A stretch of DNA of 64,000 nucleotides from an uncultured Bacteroidales bacterium (GCA_964453995.1 CAYVQC010000009.1:16408-80407); one strand, 5' to 3'; positions 10,197 through 19,180 are shown, counted from the stretch's first letter. Notes: a model not told the origin generated them from the sequence alone. Numbers and translations: made by a program.

Positions 10197-11111
10197 ATGG
10201 ATCGTTTTTTTTCTTTTGCCAAGATACTTTTAATGGGTGAATATGCAGTATTGCACGGCGCTGATGCACTATGCCTGCCTTTGAAAACCGGGCAACAGCT
10301 ATTTGTTGAAAATGCAGATGACGGTGCAATACGGTGGGAATGGACTTACGGAAAAGAAAGTATTACATCTGTTGTGCTTGACAGGAAGTCTCTCGAGGTT
10401 CTTGATAGCACGCATGGCAGCGCAGACTGGCCCGTAGCACTGATCAAGCAGATCCGGCTTCAAAATCCTTCCTTTCTGAAAGATAAAGGCAGAAGCCTGC
10501 AGTTTGTGAATTATTTTCCCCCCAGCTGGGGTCTTGGAAGCAGTTCTGCCACAATCTCCTCATTGTGCAGAATGGCGGGAGTAAATCCATTTACTGTTAA
10601 TAAGGAGCTCACCGGTGGTTCCGGGGCCGATATTGCCTGCACTACGGCCAAAGACTGGTTTTTGTATCGCAATATTCTTCCACGGCCGGCTACCTGGCAG
10701 TTGCCCATGGGGTATACTTTCCCTGACCATACGTATTTTGTGTATTCAGGTAAAAAGCAACCCACCAGGGATCATCTGGAAACAATTGGTCAAAACCAGC
10801 CAAAGCACTATGTTTCCTGGATGGAAGCCAACAAATACGTTTATAAGTTTATTGCCTGCGACACCATTCCAGAGATGATGAAGGTAGTGCACGACCATGA
10901 ACTGCTCATCCAGGATGGAATTGGGGTCACGGCCATTGGTACGCAATTTCCTGATTTCCCCGGCAAGGTAAAATCGTTGGGTGCCTGGGGAGGAGACTTT
11001 TTTATGGCAATAACCCAGCAGAGCAAAGATTTTGTATTCGAATATTTCAACTCCAAGGGGTTTGCACAGGTTTTCCCGTGGGATCAGTTTGTTACATCAC
11101 CTTCGTTCTGA
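10197..11111 (+). CDS. Divergent GHMP-family kinase (phosphomevalonate kinase or mevalonate kinase candidate)
   Basis: 304 aa. It has GHMP motif I KILLMGEYAVLHG and motif II PPSWGLGSSSA, but a degenerate motif III (GAWGGDFF). It lies between HMGR and MVD. Confidence 0.6.
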   Translation: MDRFFSFAKILLMGEYAVLHGADALCLPLKTGQQLFVENADDGAIRWEWTYGKESITSVVLDRKSLEVLDSTHGSADWPVALIKQIRLQNPSFLKDKGRSLQFVNYFPPSWGLGSSSATISSLCRMAGVNPFTVNKELTGGSGADIACTTAKDWFLYRNILPRPATWQLPMGYTFPDHTYFVYSGKKQPTRDHLETIGQNQPKHYVSWMEANKYVYKFIACDTIPEMMKVVHDHELLIQDGIGVTAIGTQFPDFPGKVKSLGAWGGDFFMAITQQSKDFVFEYFNSKGFAQVFPWDQFVTSPSF

Positions 11112-11157
11112 GCAAAAAAAAATCATTATGGTAGCCCACTAAATAAAAATTATTTTA

Positions 11158-12201
11158 ATGAGTGCAAAAGGAAAGATCAGTTACAGCAGTCCTTCAAATA
11201 TTGCTATCATCAAATACTGGGGAAAGCAACCCGGGAATCAGATTCCGATGAATCCCTCTGTTAGCATGACTTTGGATAAATGCAGAAGTTTTACTACCAT
11301 TGAATATGAGGTAAAAGAATTGTGCGAGCCTTCGCTGGAAGTTTATTTCGCGGGAAGCAGGGCAACGGATATTGAAGCAAAATTGCAGAAATGGTTTGAC
11401 AAGATCGCCGGTATTTTTCCCTGGCTCTCTTGTGCAAGGTTGCGTATTGAAACCAGGAATAATTTTCCACACTCTGCCGGCATTGCCTCTTCTGCCAGCG
11501 GAATGAGTGCACTGGCCATGTGCCTGTCGGGGATAGATGAGCACATTGGGCATGAGGGAAAACATACCAAGGAATTTCACAGCAATATTGCAAGGCTGGG
11601 TTCGGGGAGTGCCTCCCGTTCTGTTACCGGGCCGTGGGTATTATGGGGAGAGTCAAAATTTTTTCCTGGTTCAGCCAATGATCATGTAATAAACATACCC
11701 GATATTCATGCCGACTTCGTATATTTGCATGATACTATTATTGTGGTAGATAAGCAACCCAAAAGCATCAGCAGCCGCCAGGGACATTCCCTTATGGATG
11801 CACATCCATACCGCAGCGGACGCATCAAACAGACAGAAGACAATCTTTCGCGGTTGACACAGGCATTAAAAACAGGAGACTGGAATACTTTTTCCCTGAT
11901 CACAGAAAATGAAGCTCTCAGCCTTCACGCACTAATGCTGGCTTCTGAAGGAGGTATGATGCTTTGGAGAGGTGATACCATTGAGTGGATGCATTTCCTG
12001 AGGCAGCAGAGGCAAAAGACGGGTATCCCGCTTACTTTTACCCTCGACGCCGGAGCCAATATCCACCTGCTGTATCCTCCCTGGGTTCACAAAGAAATAG
12101 TTCAAATTCTGGCAGCTGCACCCGTAGGATCCATTGAGTTTATTCATGATCATACCGGCACAGGTCCTGAAAAGTTGAATGATGATTATGAGCAAAATTG
12201 A
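11158..12201 (+). CDS. mvaD: Diphosphomevalonate decarboxylase
   Basis: 347 aa with the hallmarks SPSNIAIIKYWGK and SAGIASSASG, plus DAGANIHLL near the C-terminus. Confidence 0.85.
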   Translation: MSAKGKISYSSPSNIAIIKYWGKQPGNQIPMNPSVSMTLDKCRSFTTIEYEVKELCEPSLEVYFAGSRATDIEAKLQKWFDKIAGIFPWLSCARLRIETRNNFPHSAGIASSASGMSALAMCLSGIDEHIGHEGKHTKEFHSNIARLGSGSASRSVTGPWVLWGESKFFPGSANDHVINIPDIHADFVYLHDTIIVVDKQPKSISSRQGHSLMDAHPYRSGRIKQTEDNLSRLTQALKTGDWNTFSLITENEALSLHALMLASEGGMMLWRGDTIEWMHFLRQQRQKTGIPLTFTLDAGANIHLLYPPWVHKEIVQILAAAPVGSIEFIHDHTGTGPEKLNDDYEQN

Positions 12202-13135
12202 AAAAACACAGTTCCCGGCCAAAATACTTCTTTTCGGAGAATATGGGATCATTCTGGGTGGGTTGGCCCTTACCATTCCATTGAAAAAATTTTCGGGCCG
12301 ACTTCAGTTTCCTCCCAAGGGTAGTTCACTTCCCCCTTCTGCTGCAGAAAGCAACCAGGTGATGACCGATTACCTGGCATGGCTCTACAAACCAGAGATA
12401 AGAGATAGGCTTCGTATTCCTTTGGATATGTTACAAATGAGCAGAGACCTGGCAAAAGGGCTGTTTTTCAACAGCAATATTCCCCAGGGATATGGAGCCG
12501 GAAGCAGCGGTGCTTTAGTGGCAGCTTTGTTTATGAAGTATTCAGGATTATCCATCCGGCGTTCGTCAAAACCTGAACCCGCTTTTGTTGATACCCTCAT
12601 GAAGCAGTTCTCCCTGATGGAATCATGGTTTCATGGAAACTCATCCGGCCTGGATCCTCTGGGCAGCCTGTTGGCCAGGCCCCTGTTGTCTGATTCACAA
12701 AAGAATCTCTCTTTTCCCGATCATCCTGTTATTCATCCCTCTTTCGAGGTTACTTTTTTCATTGTGGATACAGGTATCAGGCGCAATACAAGGCCCCTGG
12801 TTGACTGGTTTGGCCAACAGGTAAAAGAAGGTAATCTTAACGCAGAACTTATGATGGCCCTGAGCAACCAGGTTGTTGAAGCTATCACCAACAGGAATCA
12901 TATGTTTTTTGACCATTTTCTGGCGCAGCTTTCCCTGTTTCAGCTTGAAAATATGAAACCCATGGTGCCTGACCCATTGAGGGATATCTGGATGAAAGGG
13001 GTCGAAACGGGCGAGTGGACCCTCAAGCTTTGCGGTGCCGGTGGTGGTGGCTATATGCTGGGTTTTACACGTAATTATACAGAAACAAAAATAGCCTTCC
13101 GAAAAGCAGGCTTTAAGACTTTCCTTCCATCATAA
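12179..13135 (+). CDS. GHMP-family kinase (mevalonate kinase candidate)
   Basis: 318 aa with KILLFGEYGIILG, PQGYGAGSSGALVAAL and LCGAGGGGYMLGF. The start is ambiguous (ATG at 12179, 12182 or 12188), and all options overlap the MVD stop. Confidence 0.7.
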   Translation: MMIMSKIEKTQFPAKILLFGEYGIILGGLALTIPLKKFSGRLQFPPKGSSLPPSAAESNQVMTDYLAWLYKPEIRDRLRIPLDMLQMSRDLAKGLFFNSNIPQGYGAGSSGALVAALFMKYSGLSIRRSSKPEPAFVDTLMKQFSLMESWFHGNSSGLDPLGSLLARPLLSDSQKNLSFPDHPVIHPSFEVTFFIVDTGIRRNTRPLVDWFGQQVKEGNLNAELMMALSNQVVEAITNRNHMFFDHFLAQLSLFQLENMKPMVPDPLRDIWMKGVETGEWTLKLCGAGGGGYMLGFTRNYTETKIAFRKAGFKTFLPS

Positions 13136-13391
13136 TCCCCACGGGCCCGGTTTTTTGCTCTTTTGAGTGGTCTTCCGTCTTGACCTGATCCTGCAATACC
13201 TCTCTTTTTTTGCCCCGGAGCAATAATCAAATCACCTGCAGAGCAATTATTTCCATCAAAACATTTATCTTAAACAAAATAATTGCTAAATTCATAGTCA
13301 TTATTTCCATTCTCGGCGCAAGGACATTTTTTCCTTCACTGCGGGAAAGGGGAAAAAACCAAAACCATTCGTAAAATAAATCCATGCAACG

Positions 13392-14630
13392 ATGAAAGAG
13401 TTCCTAGAAAATGATGAATTTCAGAAACTATTGCAAGCAGCAGATGCTATTGCCGCCAGTAAAAAAAAGTTTTCTGATATTGAAGATGCCAGGGGCAATC
13501 AATATGTAGACCTGGTACAGGAAGGGGGAGGAGTACTGGGTATCGCCCTTGTGGGTTACACCGCTATCCTGGAGCGTGCGGGAATAAGGTTTTTCAGTCT
13601 TGCCGGTACTTCGGCAGGAGCCATCAATACAATGATGATAGCCGCTCTGGGTCCCATAGAACAACCCAAATCAGAAAAGATTCTTGATATTCTTAGCAGA
13701 AAGAACCTCTTTGACCTTGTAGATGGCAATTATCCTGTGCGAAAATTAGTACGTAAAAGTATTAAGGAAGAGGGAGGAATTGGATGGCTCATTCTTCTCA
13801 ACATCAGAAGGCTATACCGCGCTCTCACCCAAAAACTGGGGCTGAATCCCGGAACCGATTTTGAAAAATGGATTACTTCAGAATTAAGGAAAGAGGGTAT
13901 CAAAACCATGCGTGATGTAAACAGCCTTCGGCAAAAGCTGCCAGAAGGGCTGAGACATACCGGGGGTGGGAGTGTAGATGACCTGAAGCCTCAGTTGGCT
14001 ATCATTGCTGCCGATATAACAACCCACAGTAAGATTGAGTTTCCCCGAATGTCTGAATTGTTTTATGCTGAGCCCGATTCTGTGCCCCCGGCCGCATTGG
14101 TAAGAACATCAATGTCTATCCCTGTCTTTTTCGAACCCGTTACCATAAATAATATTCCCAATGCCGGAGTTTCAAATGATAAGAAGTGGGAAGAACACTG
14201 TAAATACTATGGTCCGGTGCCACCCTCGGTAAGATTTGTTGATGGAGGATTATTGTCAAACTTTCCCATAAATGTATTTCACCGAAGGGATGGTGGCGTG
14301 CCCCGGAAGCCAACCTTTGGAGTGAGGCTTAGTACTTACCGCGAAACCTACTCCGATGTAAAAGGGCTGAAAGTGATGCTGGGAGCTATGATCAGTTCCA
14401 TGAGGCAGATTTACGATTATGATTTCCTGAAGAGGAATCCTGATTTTTCTCAACTCATCTGCCATGTAAATGCTGATAAGGATTTCAATTGGCTGGATTT
14501 TGAGATCGGTAAGGCGGAGCAGGTAAAAATGTTTGTGCATGGAGCCCGCGAAGCGGTAAAGTTCCTTGAAGCTTTCGATTGGGATAAATACAAAGAAACC
14601 CGCAAGTCACTGGCGGATGTAGTTAAATAA
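13392..14630 (+). CDS. Patatin-like phospholipase family protein
   Basis: 412 aa with an oxyanion GGGVLG, the nucleophile elbow GTSAG and the catalytic Asp motif VDGGLLSNFP. Confidence 0.8.
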   Translation: MKEFLENDEFQKLLQAADAIAASKKKFSDIEDARGNQYVDLVQEGGGVLGIALVGYTAILERAGIRFFSLAGTSAGAINTMMIAALGPIEQPKSEKILDILSRKNLFDLVDGNYPVRKLVRKSIKEEGGIGWLILLNIRRLYRALTQKLGLNPGTDFEKWITSELRKEGIKTMRDVNSLRQKLPEGLRHTGGGSVDDLKPQLAIIAADITTHSKIEFPRMSELFYAEPDSVPPAALVRTSMSIPVFFEPVTINNIPNAGVSNDKKWEEHCKYYGPVPPSVRFVDGGLLSNFPINVFHRRDGGVPRKPTFGVRLSTYRETYSDVKGLKVMLGAMISSMRQIYDYDFLKRNPDFSQLICHVNADKDFNWLDFEIGKAEQVKMFVHGAREAVKFLEAFDWDKYKETRKSLADVVK

Positions 14631-14673
14631 CTCCTGCTTTCCTGGCCCGGAAGTAGTTTCTGCCACAATCTGC

Positions 14674-15036
14674 TTATTGCTCTTCCTGGTATTGGATCAA
14701 AACATCCAGGCCAACATATTCGAGCGTTTTCTCATGAGTGGCTTCCAGCTTTAGCCTGGGGGCCACTCCTGCTTTCAGGGCTTCAACCCACCTGCTGGCA
14801 CACAGGCACCAATAGTCTCCCGGCTTGAGCCCGGGAAAGTTATAGGCCGGCATAGGAGTGATCAAATCGTTGCCCATAGCGCGGGAAAAATCAAGAAACT
14901 CTTTCGTTACCCTGGCACACACAGTATGCGTACCATGGTCTGAAGGACCTGTCTGACAATCGCCCTTGCGGTAATACCCTGTCAGCGGTTGAAGACTGCA
15001 GGTTTGCAAAGGGCCACCTAAAACATTTTTTGCCAT
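14674..15036 (-). CDS. DUF2237 family protein
   Basis: 120 aa. MAKNVLGGPLQTCS...GTHTVCARVT...PGDYWCLCASRW matches my recollection of the conserved DUF2237 pattern. Confidence 0.7.
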   Translation of the reverse strand: MAKNVLGGPLQTCSLQPLTGYYRKGDCQTGPSDHGTHTVCARVTKEFLDFSRAMGNDLITPMPAYNFPGLKPGDYWCLCASRWVEALKAGVAPRLKLEATHEKTLEYVGLDVLIQYQEEQ

Positions 15037-15116
15037 AACTTTGAATTTGTATTGAAGGGGTTTTAAACATGTAATTCTTTAATCGGAAGAGGCATTCCCG
15101 GCAACCTCAAAGCATG

Positions 15117-15485
15117 TCAGTTTTTACGAAAATACCATCCAAGCCATATCAGAAGAGGTTGCACCAAAACAAGCCTTACCCATCCTAAAACAGGTGAAAC
15201 ACATAAACTGTTTTCAATGCAGGAGCCCTGTGCAACAAAATATACATGTGCAGGAATAAAAAAGACCATTAACCCTGCAATACCAATACCGGCAAAAAAC
15301 CGGGTGGCCGGAATCAGCAATGCCACACCAAGAAGAATTTCAGCTGCCCCGGTAAGGAAGTTAACCAAACCAGGAAAAGGGATGTAATCGGGGATCAGGG
15401 GATAGTAAAAAGAGGGTGAAAGGAAATGATTGATCCCTGCGACAATGAAAAATAATGCAAATACAATACGGCAGGCTTTCTTCAT
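15117..15485 (-). CDS. Small DoxX-like integral membrane protein
   Basis: 122 aa with four predicted hydrophobic helices and a DoxX-like size and pattern. The family call is tentative. Confidence 0.5.
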   Translation of the reverse strand: MKKACRIVFALFFIVAGINHFLSPSFYYPLIPDYIPFPGLVNFLTGAAEILLGVALLIPATRFFAGIGIAGLMVFFIPAHVYFVAQGSCIENSLCVSPVLGWVRLVLVQPLLIWLGWYFRKN

Positions 15486-15840
15486 ATTTTCAGCATGCTT
15501 CAGTTTCTGGAATCAGTGTTTTTTCGGTTGCGGTGCAAATCCTGATTTCGCTAATCAGGGGTTAGTGGAAATGGCCTGCTGCAGTAAAAACGGTACAGCA
15601 TCCAAACCACCCAAAGTCGGTCAGGCAAAGCTTGATTTTTGCCTGTTGTAAAGGAAAATTCCGGGTCATTGATGATCCGTAAACACACTTTGTTTAATAA
15701 GTAATGGGGCGATTTGTTTATGCTTTCACCGAGTTTATGATTGTTTATGATCGCACAGCTGCAGAAGCATAAGGCTGGTTCCTGCATTGATGCAAGGTAA
15801 AAATTAGTAATTTCGTAGCCTGAATCGTAACAGGAATCCA

Positions 15841-16536
15841 ATGGAAAAGAAAAGAATAGTAGTGCTCACCGGAGCAGGTGTAAGTGCAGAAAGTGGTATA
15901 AGCACTTTTCGGGATAGTGGGGGCTTGTGGGAGAAATATGATATCAGCGAAGTAGCTACTCCCGAAGCCTGGGCCCGCAACCAGGACCTGGTAATGGAGT
16001 TTTACAATCAGCGCAGAAAGCAGCTTTTTGAGGTGGAACCTAATGCTGCACATTATGCGTTGGTAAAGCTGGAAGAAAAATACGATGTACAAATCATCAC
16101 CCAGAACGTTGATGATCTTCATGAGCGGGCCGGTTCAAAGAATGTGATGCATCTGCATGGTGAACTGAAAAAAGTTCGTTCATCGGTGGATGAAAACCTT
16201 GTGTATGAGCTGGAAGGCTGGGAACTAAAGAAAGGAGATACCTGCGAAAAAGGCTCACAGCTCAGGCCTCACATTGTATGGTTTGGCGAGCCGGTACCGA
16301 TGATACCGCATGCTGCAGAGTTATGCTCCACCGCAGATATCCTTATTATTATAGGAACCTCGCTCAATGTATACCCTGCTGCCGGCCTGGTAAATTATAC
16401 CCAACCCGGGTGCCCTGTTTATCTTATTGATCCTGCCGATGTAAGCGTATCGCACATTCCCGGGGTAAAAGTGATCCGTGAAAAGGCAGGTACCGGGACC
16501 GTACAACTGGTTAATGAACTTACAGAGCGGTCCTGA
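15841..16536 (+). CDS. cobB: NAD-dependent protein deacylase (Sir2/CobB family)
   Basis: 231 aa with GAGVSAESGISTFR, QNVDDLHERAG and an IIIGTSLNVYPA Rossmann end. The size is that of a housekeeping sirtuin. Confidence 0.85.
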   Translation: MEKKRIVVLTGAGVSAESGISTFRDSGGLWEKYDISEVATPEAWARNQDLVMEFYNQRRKQLFEVEPNAAHYALVKLEEKYDVQIITQNVDDLHERAGSKNVMHLHGELKKVRSSVDENLVYELEGWELKKGDTCEKGSQLRPHIVWFGEPVPMIPHAAELCSTADILIIIGTSLNVYPAAGLVNYTQPGCPVYLIDPADVSVSHIPGVKVIREKAGTGTVQLVNELTERS

Positions 16537-17081
16537 TGATGCAGAAACTTACCATGGACGAGCTGGGAAGGATCAGCCCGGATGAATATAAGAAGCAAAA
16601 AAAATTTCCTGTTGTAATCGTACTTGATAACATCAGGAGTATGATGAATGTGGGCTCCGTATTTCGTACAGCAGATGCTTTCCGGATTGAAAAGATAATG
16701 TTGTGTGGCATTACAGCATGCCCCCCCAACAAAGAAATTCACAAAACCGCCCTGGGAGCTACAGAATCTGTTGACTGGGAATACTTTGAAAATACGGCTT
16801 TGGCACTGCAGAAACTGAGAGCAGCAAAATATCACATCCTGGCTTTGGAACAAACCACTACCAGTCAGCCGTTGCATTTGTTTCAGCCTGATGCTGCTTC
16901 CCGTTACGCACTGGTTTTTGGCAACGAAGTAAAAGGTGTACATGAAAGTGCCCTTGAGCTTTGCCATAAAACCCTGGAAATACCGCAGTTTGGCACAAAA
17001 CACTCTTTCAATATCTCTGTTACGGCTGGAATTGTATTGTGGGACTTTTTTACCAAAACCCAACAGTTTAAAAAACTCTGA
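16536..17081 (+). CDS. SpoU/TrmH-family RNA 2'-O-methyltransferase
   Basis: 181 aa SPOUT fold (NVGSVFRTADAF, LVFGNEVKGV, SFNISVTAGIVLW). Its start overlaps the cobB stop by 1 nt (TGATG). Confidence 0.75.
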   Translation: MMQKLTMDELGRISPDEYKKQKKFPVVIVLDNIRSMMNVGSVFRTADAFRIEKIMLCGITACPPNKEIHKTALGATESVDWEYFENTALALQKLRAAKYHILALEQTTTSQPLHLFQPDAASRYALVFGNEVKGVHESALELCHKTLEIPQFGTKHSFNISVTAGIVLWDFFTKTQQFKKL

Positions 17082-17108
17082 CCCGGTTATAGCGTAAAAC
17101 TTTTGCAA

Positions 17109-17807
17109 ATGCGTATTGATATTTTAACCATCTTTCCCGAAATGTTTCAAGGCCCCTTTGATCATTCTATCATGAAAAGGGCAAAGGAAAAGAGACGTGT
17201 GGAAATTCATCTTCATAACATCCGCGACCATAGTACCGATAAACACCGGCGTGTTGATGATTACCCTTTTGGCGGGGGTGCCGGGATGGTAATGATGATT
17301 GAACCTGTTCTGAACTGTATTACCATGCTTAAAAACCAAAGGGAATATGATGAAGTTATATTTTTAACCCCCGATGGGGAATTGTTTCAGCAACCCATGG
17401 CCAATAAGCTTTCAACCATGAAAAACCTGATTCTTTTGTGCGGCCACTACAAGGGTATTGATGAACGGTTGCGCGAGCATGTAATTACCCGTGAAATCAG
17501 CATTGGTGATTATGTTCTGTCAGGGGGTGAACTGGCGGCCGCTGTGCTTACTGATAGCATTGTAAGGCTCTTGCCGGGAGTACTGGGCGATGAAACATCA
17601 GCCCTGTCCGATTCTTTTCAGGATGGATTGCTTTCCCCGCCGGTTTATACCCGTCCGGCCGACTACAAAGGATGGAAAGTGCCTGATATATTACTATCAG
17701 GGCACGACCGCAAGATTGCCGAGTGGCGCCATGAGCAGGCACTGGAGCGTACTGCAAGAAGAAGACCCGGCCTGCTGGGAATATCATCGGACGGGTCATC
17801 AGATTAA
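17109..17807 (+). CDS. trmD: tRNA (guanine37-N1)-methyltransferase
   Basis: [13 protein letters not shown]..., GGGAGMVM and [15 protein letters not shown] are typical of TrmD. I prefer the ATG at 17109 over the tracked TTG at 17103. Confidence 0.9.
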   Translation: MRIDILTIFPEMFQGPFDHSIMKRAKEKRRVEIHLHNIRDHSTDKHRRVDDYPFGGGAGMVMMIEPVLNCITMLKNQREYDEVIFLTPDGELFQQPMANKLSTMKNLILLCGHYKGIDERLREHVITREISIGDYVLSGGELAAAVLTDSIVRLLPGVLGDETSALSDSFQDGLLSPPVYTRPADYKGWKVPDILLSGHDRKIAEWRHEQALERTARRRPGLLGISSDGSSD

Positions 17808-17839
17808 AACAAATTGTACGTGAGGGGGAATAAATGTAT

Positions 17840-18418
17840 TTACATTTTAAACCCTATGCTGAGCTTGATTACCCTGTTGTGAATCTCTTTCTCGTCCACA
17901 TTGATGGGTGTTAAACCATAATCATAACCCACACTGATTCTCAGTCCTCCGGGAATATTCATTCCCGCTCCCACAACCACTGCCATGTCGGGCCTGGTGT
18001 AGTTTTCCTTGTTAAAATCATTGTCTGTGTCTTTGATGTTTCCATCGAGAAAGTAGGAGAGCTGGGGTCCTGCAAACAGGTGTATAAGAGGCAATGGGCT
18101 AAACTTTGCAACCAGGGGAACATCTATATAATTAAAAACAAAATCCCTTGGTGTATCGCCTGCTAAATTGGTATACCCCTTCTGAGAATAGTATACCCCA
18201 CCTTCTACGGCAACAATTCCCAAAACAGATAACCCCAGAAATCCACCAACGTGAAATCCGGTTCGCGCCTCACTTTCAGGAGCATCTGCGCCCCCAATAT
18301 TGGCCAGATTTAATCCGCCTTTTACCCCATAGCTTAAAAACTGAGCATGTGCAGGCTGGAAAATTGCAACGATTAGAATAAGGGCAGCAATGGCTGTGAA
18401 TCGAAATAATGCCTTCAT
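17840..18418 (-). CDS. Outer-membrane beta-barrel (porin-family/OmpW-like) protein
   Basis: The signal peptide is MKALFRFTAIAALILIVAIFQPAHAQ. It has alternating beta-strand patterns and a C-terminal aromatic residue near its end (..SIGFKM). The start was moved to the internal ATG that begins the signal peptide. Confidence 0.7.
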   Translation of the reverse strand: MKALFRFTAIAALILIVAIFQPAHAQFLSYGVKGGLNLANIGGADAPESEARTGFHVGGFLGLSVLGIVAVEGGVYYSQKGYTNLAGDTPRDFVFNYIDVPLVAKFSPLPLIHLFAGPQLSYFLDGNIKDTDNDFNKENYTRPDMAVVVGAGMNIPGGLRISVGYDYGLTPINVDEKEIHNRVIKLSIGFKM

Positions 18419-18665
18419 AGTTTGTGGATTTTTAGTGCATAAGAAAATGAAACTCAAAGCTACCCAAAATATTAAATTTGACAAAATACAGACCCTGTTC
18501 TAAATACACTTGTTAATAAAAAACAGCACATCAATCCCGTTGATTGCAACTTTATTACATCCCCTTTTTAACTTACATTTGCAGGCTGATTATAAGATGC
18601 TGCAAAGTGCATCTTTGAGCAGGAAATAAAATTCAATGAATCTTTTTTTATTTGAATTAATTCCC

Positions 18666-18673
18666 TAACTTTG
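18666..18673 (+). promoter_or_regulatory. Candidate -7 box (TAACTTTG) upstream of rplS
   Basis: Matches TAnnTTTG about 92 nt upstream of the rplS ATG. A second match, TACATTTG, lies at 18574-18581. Neither has a well-spaced -33 element. Confidence 0.3.
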
Positions 18674-18764
18674 CACTCCCTTTTTCGCAAGAAAATATCA
18701 TAATCTATTCATATTGAAAGTCTCCGGTACGGGGCAATGCCATAAACGAATAAAATACTGTGTT

Positions 18765-19121
18765 ATGAACAAGATGGAAATAATGAATTTTGTGCAGGAT
18801 GTATTGACTGAAAAAAAAGAAGCACCTGCATTCAAAGCCGGCGATACCATTACTGTACATTATAAGATCAGAGAAGGTAACAAGGAGCGTATCCAGCCCT
18901 TCCAGGGAGTGGTAATTCAGAGAAGGGGCACTGGTGCCACCGAAACTTTTACTGTAAGAAAAATTTCCGGTAATATTGGGGTAGAAAGGATTTTCCCCAT
19001 TCAGTCCCCCTTTATCGAGAAAATAGAACTTAACCGCCGCGGTGCTGTGCGCAGAGCCAGAATTTTCTACCTGAGAGCACTCCGTGGTAAAAAAGCCAGG
19101 ATCAAAGAAAAGAGAATGTAA
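18765..19121 (+). CDS. rplS: 50S ribosomal protein L19
   Basis: Contains [33 protein letters not shown]...RRARIFYLR. The start is placed at MNKMEIM (118 aa), because the tracked ORF has an implausible N-terminal extension. Confidence 0.9.
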   Translation: MNKMEIMNFVQDVLTEKKEAPAFKAGDTITVHYKIREGNKERIQPFQGVVIQRRGTGATETFTVRKISGNIGVERIFPIQSPFIEKIELNRRGAVRRARIFYLRALRGKKARIKEKRM

Positions 19122-19148
19122 GCCTTGCCTGCTGTTCAAAAAAACAAA

Positions 19149-19180
19149 AAGCCGTTGGATTTGCCAGTGGCTTTTTTTTT
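19149..19180 (+). terminator. Rho-independent terminator after rplS
   Basis: 10-bp stem AAGCCGTTGG/CCAGTGGCTT with two G-U pairs and a 5-nt loop, followed by a run of 9 T. Confidence 0.75.

Noticed and set aside
13141-13162. Possible terminator (CGGGCCCG palindrome followed by TTTTTT) after the last mevalonate-cluster gene
   Set aside because: The palindrome leaves essentially no loop, so a stable hairpin is doubtful. The T-run alone is not enough evidence to list it as a feature.
13392-14630. Patatin-like phospholipase as a possible CBASS/defence effector
   Set aside because: No cyclase, nucleotide sensor, Cap-like accessory or other defence gene is adjacent. It stands alone between metabolic and housekeeping genes, so the context does not support a defence role.
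15841-16536. Sir2-domain protein as a possible anti-phage NADase (Thoeris/DSR-like)
   Set aside because: It has canonical short CobB-type sirtuin length and motifs (GAGVSAESGISTFR, QNVDDLH). It is fused into a housekeeping RNA-methyltransferase operon, with no partner sensor gene.
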